Below are positions 59,370 through 64,000 of a stretch of 64,000 nt of DNA, in pieces. The position numbers and the translations under genes are program-made. The stretch lies in contig JBAYIR010000005.1 of the NCBI GenBank assembly GCA_041665505.1, positions 225 through 64,224 of the forward strand, in the 5' to 3' direction. Numbering within the stretch: the stretch's first letter is position 1; each line of letters begins with the position of its first letter. This DNA is from Patescibacteria group bacterium (GTDB lineage: Bacteria > Patescibacteriota > Patescibacteriia > UBA1558 > GWA2-36-10). The notes beneath the pieces were generated by a model that saw only the letters and a program-made list of their open reading frames with translations, made no database searches and had not been told where the DNA came from.

Positions 59370-60023
59370 ATGTCCAAAGATTATAATATACAAGTAGATG
59401 CTGACAAGCACTATAAGAATAAAAAATATGATGACTTAGGAAGATTTATTTCTTATTATCATCAAATTGACGAAGCCAGAAAAATGTCTGTTGATAGCAT
59501 ATTGGAGATTGGTATTGGAGGCGGAGTGGTGGCTAATTATCTAAAGAGTATTGGCAAAGAGGTAAAAACTTGTGACTTTGACCAAAAAACAGGAGCAGAT
59601 ATTATCTCAGATATCAGAGATATCAATTCACCAGATAATTCTTTTGATTTGGTGATGGCTTGTCAGATACTAGAACATATTCCTTTTGAAGATTTTGCCA
59701 AAGGTTTGTCAGAAATTAGAAGAGTCAGTAAAAAATACGCCATTATATCTTTGCCTTATCGCTCTTCTTATTTTGAAATGATTATAAAATTTCCTTTTAT
59801 CCGTACACTATTTAAAAAAGATTTCTTTGATTTTAGCATCAAGCGAGCTATCAGATTTCCGGGTTTTGACCAATCAGGCCAGCATTATTGGGAGATAGAT
59901 CAAAAGCAATACAAGCTCAAAGACATCCGTACCAAGCTGGAAGAAAAATTTAAGATTTTAAATGAGTTTAGTCCGATTTTAAATAAATATCATTACTTTT
60001 TTATATTAGAAGTTAAGAAATAA
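59370..60023 (+). CDS. Class I SAM-dependent methyltransferase
   Basis: ILEIGIGGG and FDLVMACQILEH. Confidence 0.88.
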   Translation: MSKDYNIQVDADKHYKNKKYDDLGRFISYYHQIDEARKMSVDSILEIGIGGGVVANYLKSIGKEVKTCDFDQKTGADIISDIRDINSPDNSFDLVMACQILEHIPFEDFAKGLSEIRRVSKKYAIISLPYRSSYFEMIIKFPFIRTLFKKDFFDFSIKRAIRFPGFDQSGQHYWEIDQKQYKLKDIRTKLEEKFKILNEFSPILNKYHYFFILEVKK

Positions 60024-60024
60024 G

Positions 60025-60774
60025 ATGTCAGAAAAAAAATTAGACAATCAATTTGTTAGAGAAGCTTACAATCAATCAATGGGAAATTATCCAGCTGGCT
60101 ATCATCACTGGCGTTGGTTTCGGGAAGCAATATCACGCTATCATTACAAACAGAGTAAGCGTAGTTTTTTGTATGCTCTAAAAGGTTCCCATTTTGATAA
60201 AGCTTTGGAAATAGGCGGTGGCGATGGTGAGTGGACCAAAATACTTTTGTCTTATGTTGGGCAGATAGATTTTTATGATATCTCTGAAGAAATGATGAAA
60301 CAAGCCAAAAATCGTTTGGCTGATAAACAAAATATAAATTTCTTTTTGGGAGATTTTTTGGAAAATGATTTGTCTGATTATAGCTATGATTTTATTTTAT
60401 CTTTTCGTTCTTTTGAGTATTTTGATGATAAAGAAAAGTTTTTTCAAGAAACAAAGAGATTACTCAAAAGTGGAGGGAAAATGATTATGGTTAGCAAAAG
60501 TCCACATTATGATTGGAAAAAATATTATCAAAGTAAAAAACTTCATTCAGGCATTTTGCCTATACAAGAGATAATAAAAATGTTTGCCAGTCATGATTTT
60601 GAAATAGAGTTGGTCAAACCAGCTATTGTTGGCAAAAAGTTGAGCTGGCCACTGATGCGGTTTTTGTTTGATATTTTTCACCGTAGTAATTATTTATTCA
60701 AATTTAATATCTTACCACTTTTTATTTTACAATATATTTCGGAGAGTTTTATTATTAAGGTAGTCAAAAAATAA
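60025..60774 (+). CDS. Class I SAM-dependent methyltransferase
   Basis: LEIGGGDG, DISEEM and LKSGG. Confidence 0.88.
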   Translation: MSEKKLDNQFVREAYNQSMGNYPAGYHHWRWFREAISRYHYKQSKRSFLYALKGSHFDKALEIGGGDGEWTKILLSYVGQIDFYDISEEMMKQAKNRLADKQNINFFLGDFLENDLSDYSYDFILSFRSFEYFDDKEKFFQETKRLLKSGGKMIMVSKSPHYDWKKYYQSKKLHSGILPIQEIIKMFASHDFEIELVKPAIVGKKLSWPLMRFLFDIFHRSNYLFKFNILPLFILQYISESFIIKVVKK

Positions 60775-60776
60775 TT

Positions 60777-61385
60777 ATGCTCCTAGAATTATATGGACTG
60801 CCGGGTAGCGGTAAGTCAACACTAGCCAAACGCTTGGCAGAGATAGACAGCTCAAAATTTGTAGTAGTCAATTTTTCCAATAAATTGTCTAGATATTTTT
60901 ATTTATTGCTTTATATAATAAATCATCCTGTAAATTTTTATCAATGGATAATGTTTTTATTACAAAATAAAAAATTGTTTATTTATAAATTGCATTTGTT
61001 ATTTTTATCTCTGGCCAAGATGCAAAAAGCCAGCTTTATAAAAAATAAGCAGGCCTTAGTAGATGAAGGATTATTACAAAGAGTTTTGACTATTTCGGAT
61101 AATTTGGTAGATGATAAGTCATTGGATAAATTATTAAAATATTTAGTCAGTCCAGTCCATTTGATTATTATGGAGGGTGGTGTTTTTCATCGTTTTATAA
61201 CAGACGAGCAGAAAGATAATAGCCCTAGATTAAAATTGGGGCAAGATTATTTTGTAGCCTGGCAAAATATGCTAGAGAAAAATAATAATATTATAAAAAG
61301 ATATTTAGCCGATAAAAAAAATTTAAAGGTAGCTATATATAATAAAGAATCTATTAAGGCAGAGGATATTGTCTCTGGCATTTAA
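60777..61385 (+). CDS. P-loop kinase/NTPase
   Basis: GLPGSGKST Walker A and LVDEG. Confidence 0.8.
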   Translation: MLLELYGLPGSGKSTLAKRLAEIDSSKFVVVNFSNKLSRYFYLLLYIINHPVNFYQWIMFLLQNKKLFIYKLHLLFLSLAKMQKASFIKNKQALVDEGLLQRVLTISDNLVDDKSLDKLLKYLVSPVHLIIMEGGVFHRFITDEQKDNSPRLKLGQDYFVAWQNMLEKNNNIIKRYLADKKNLKVAIYNKESIKAEDIVSGI

Positions 61386-61394
61386 TTTTTGGGT

Positions 61395-61443
61395 AAATAA
61401 AGAAGCGCCTCACGGGTGGACTGATGTCCCGCCGCGAGGCGCC
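61395..61443 (-). terminator. Terminator of GC-rich cassette 6
   Basis: Minus strand GCGCCTCGCGG...CCGTGAGGCGC-TTCTTTATTT. Confidence 0.7.
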
Positions 61444-61452
61444 CAAGACGAT

Positions 61453-61866
61453 TCATACAACATCGCCGCTGTCTTCATATCGTACGCCATCGCTATCGAG
61501 GCGTACCTCAATGCTGGTGTCAAACACGCTGCAGAGGGTTTGGCACAACTCTACGACTTCTTGGCGATGCATTTCGCCGTTGAATTCAAAGACCCAGTGG
61601 TCTTCGGTAGCACTTCGCCGGCTGTTCTCGAACCAGATGACACCGATGAGCAGGTGCATGTGTTGTCCCAGCAGCAGACGCAGCAGGCCCCGGCGAGGCT
61701 TCTTGGTGGGGTTCCATTTGAGAATCCCCAGTGAATCTTCGGGTGACAGGGGAGCTTTGAGTTTACTCCCGCCACATGATGCCAACTCCCAGCCTTGGTT
61801 CTTGAGCCATCGCCCAACTCGGATCGAGATGTGGACATCTGACACCTTAACTTCAGGAGTGTTCAC
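61453..61866 (-). CDS. Hypothetical protein, GC-rich cassette 6 gene 2
   Basis: GTGAGG SD then GTG at 61866; GC-rich codons; followed by a terminator. Confidence 0.65.
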   Translation of the reverse strand: MNTPEVKVSDVHISIRVGRWLKNQGWELASCGGSKLKAPLSPEDSLGILKWNPTKKPRRGLLRLLLGQHMHLLIGVIWFENSRRSATEDHWVFEFNGEMHRQEVVELCQTLCSVFDTSIEVRLDSDGVRYEDSGDVV

Positions 61867-61934
61867 GTCTAACCTCACTTGCTAGGGGTGTACATTCATT
61901 GCCGCACTACTTTTGTAGTAGTCTTGACCTTGTG

Positions 61935-62489
61935 TCAGGCCAGACCGCGTCGCAGCTTGGCTGCGAAGTCCTTGGCGTAGTCTTCCTTGACCTGGAAGTC
62001 GGCCTGAGCTTCCGGCAGCAGACAGCGGAACTGTCCGATCACGTGCTGCTCCAAGTAGCTCAGCGACTCTTCCACGGTCTTGCCCATCGCCGCCCCACTG
62101 GCGAAGGTCTTGACGATCCAGAAGGTCTCGCCACCCTCCAAGAGGTGGGCATCGTGGACGATGTCGCCTTCGATGGTCAGGATGTCGTCGGGATTGGTGT
62201 CCTTCTGAGAATCCCAGGCAGTCCGGACAATGCGAGCAATGTCGCCCTCGCACACCTGCTGCGAACGCAGGAAAGTGATGGTGGCTTCTTCGCCGCCGGG
62301 CAGATGAATAACGCCATGGAAGTACAGCGCGACCCGGATCAGCTTCAGACTGGCCTCAGGGTAGTTCCGGGTCAGTTTCACGGAGATGTCCCAGATGCGG
62401 TCGATGTGGCACATGTTGTGCATCACGTCTTTGGCTTCGTAGTAGGGAGCTACGAAGTTGGAGACAGAGGAGAGCTTGAGTTTATCCAT
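61935..62489 (-). CDS. HD-domain-like metal-dependent hydrolase (HG variant), GC-rich cassette 6 gene 1
   Basis: HNMCHIDR...ALYFHG...EGDIVHDAHLLE spacing resembles the HD fold; GAAAGG before the ATG at 62489. Confidence 0.7.
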   Translation of the reverse strand: MDKLKLSSVSNFVAPYYEAKDVMHNMCHIDRIWDISVKLTRNYPEASLKLIRVALYFHGVIHLPGGEEATITFLRSQQVCEGDIARIVRTAWDSQKDTNPDDILTIEGDIVHDAHLLEGGETFWIVKTFASGAAMGKTVEESLSYLEQHVIGQFRCLLPEAQADFQVKEDYAKDFAAKLRRGLA

Positions 62490-62529
62490 CGTGTGGCCTT
62501 TCGGTTGGGGTACATAGGGCGGACTATAT

Positions 62530-62558
62530 ATAATAGCATATATGTTAGTTTTTGTCAA
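62530..62558 (-). promoter_or_regulatory. Sigma70 promoter of cassette 6
   Basis: TTGACA-N17-TATTAT with extended TG. Confidence 0.7.
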
Positions 62559-62622
62559 TAAGAATCAATAATAACATATTTGACTTTTAAGGCTCTAAAT
62601 GGTATGGTTTTTTAAGTAATTT

Positions 62623-63861
62623 ATGCAAATTTTACGCAATATTAAAGCAATTATTCGTAGTATTTTGGCCTGGATTATCTATGGTTTATCTTTTTTAGTA
62701 CCCAAAGATAAAAAGCTATGGATTGTCATGGGTTGGCGAAAAAATAAGCAAGGAGAGCTATTTGGTGATAATGCTAAGTATTTTTTTCTATATGCTTCAC
62801 AAAATCTCAAAGATATTAAAGTAATTTGGCTTGGACAAGATAATAGAATATGTCAGAGACTCAAAGAGCATAATTACCTAGCTTATAATCTTAATAGTTT
62901 AAAAGGTATTTGGGCATCTATGCGAGCCGGCTATACTATAGTTGATGCTAATATTCGTCTAGAAAATTGGCAGTATAGTGGTGGTTCTAGATTAGTGCAA
63001 CTCTGGCATGGTAAGTCACTGAAAAAAATGGGGCATAATAGTCCTTACGCTATGGGTAAATACAGAAAATTTTTAGCCCCAAATTTATTTCGCAAATTTT
63101 ATCTATTAACAGCGGCTTCTAAGTTTTTGGGAGATTTTAATGTCTCAGGTTTTAGAATGAAGTCAGAAGATTTATTGGTCAGTGGTCTGCCCCGCTATGA
63201 TATTTTATTTTCTGATATTAAAGATTCCGATATAGATGTAGATAAAGATTTTGAAGAAAAATTAAAAGAGTTAAAAGCCAAAAATTATAATAAGATAATT
63301 TTTTATGCGCCGACTTTTCGTCCAGATGGTAGCAATCCTTTAGCTGGTGCCGACTTAGTAGCTTTGGATAAAGTTTTAGAGCAGCAAAATGATTATTGTC
63401 TGGTGTCACTTCATCCCAAGTTTGCCACCAAAGATTGGCAACCAGATGAAAAATTTCATAATTTGGAATTTGTAAATACTGGTTCGGATTTATATCCTTT
63501 GATGAAATATTTTGATTTACTAATTACTGATTATTCATCTTTAGCTTTGGATTTTCTATTAGTCAAAGTACCAGCTATATTATATATTTATGATTTAGAA
63601 TCTTTTAAAGCCGGTATGGGTCTACACAAAGAAATAGTAGAAGCTACGCCAGGTCCTAGAGTAGCGACTTTTCCAGATTTGTTAGAGGTGCTAAAAGGTG
63701 ATAGCTATATTTGGTCTAGTGAACATGATAAAGCTAGGGATTTATTTTTTTCTTATCAAGATGCTCATTCAGCCAAGAGAATAGCTGATGAACTGATCAG
63801 TGTAATGGATGTATCTGGACAAACTATAGCAGAGAGCAAAAAATTTTTAACAGCTAAATAA
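62623..63861 (+). CDS. CDP-glycerol glycerophosphotransferase (TagB/TagF) family
   Basis: QLWHG, GLPRYD, FYAPTFR and DLLITDYSS. Confidence 0.92.
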   Translation: MQILRNIKAIIRSILAWIIYGLSFLVPKDKKLWIVMGWRKNKQGELFGDNAKYFFLYASQNLKDIKVIWLGQDNRICQRLKEHNYLAYNLNSLKGIWASMRAGYTIVDANIRLENWQYSGGSRLVQLWHGKSLKKMGHNSPYAMGKYRKFLAPNLFRKFYLLTAASKFLGDFNVSGFRMKSEDLLVSGLPRYDILFSDIKDSDIDVDKDFEEKLKELKAKNYNKIIFYAPTFRPDGSNPLAGADLVALDKVLEQQNDYCLVSLHPKFATKDWQPDEKFHNLEFVNTGSDLYPLMKYFDLLITDYSSLALDFLLVKVPAILYIYDLESFKAGMGLHKEIVEATPGPRVATFPDLLEVLKGDSYIWSSEHDKARDLFFSYQDAHSAKRIADELISVMDVSGQTIAESKKFLTAK

Positions 63862-63868
63862 TATAATT

Positions 63869-64000
63869 ATGTCCAAAATAAAAATATTAATTACTGACAA
63901 TATAGATCAAACAGGCGTAGATATGATGGAGGCCGAAGGCTATGAAGTAAGGCAAGAACAAAAATTGTCCAATGATGCTCTGCTACTCATAATTAAAGAC
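63869..64000 (+). CDS. D-isomer 2-hydroxyacid dehydrogenase (SerA-like), 3'-truncated
   Basis: MSKIKILITDNIDQTGVDMMEAEGYEV resembles the SerA N-terminus; runs off the window end. Confidence 0.6.
   Translation, partial: MSKIKILITDNIDQTGVDMMEAEGYEVRQEQKLSNDALLLIIKD

Overview
This is an AT-rich chromosomal segment (visually about 30-35% GC) from a bacterium that looks like a Patescibacteria/CPR member. That assignment is inferred from the missing rpmD between rpsE and rplO, mostly SD-less AT-rich start regions, split ComEC and extended ribosomal proteins. The housekeeping backbone is ybeY-dgkA-ftsA-ftsZ-nrdR, prfB, comEC, ndk, rpmB, the str/S10/spc clusters through secY-adk-map-yqgF, an ECF sigma/anti-sigma pair, a large S-layer-like gene, two O-antigen-ligase-like genes and a glycosyltransferase cluster. 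RNA elements include a cobalamin riboswitch upstream of a transcobalamin-like secreted protein, a probable 6S RNA and an unassigned ~350-nt structured RNA. The most unusual signal is six short GC-rich cassettes (about 12.4, 12.8, 16.2, 20.5, 20.9 and 61.4 kb). Each is bounded by a native AT-rich sigma70 promoter and an intrinsic terminator, and each carries small orphan ORFs with high-GC codon usage and Shine-Dalgarno sites. Several also share leader and promoter motifs. All calls are by eye; no searches or folding programs were run.
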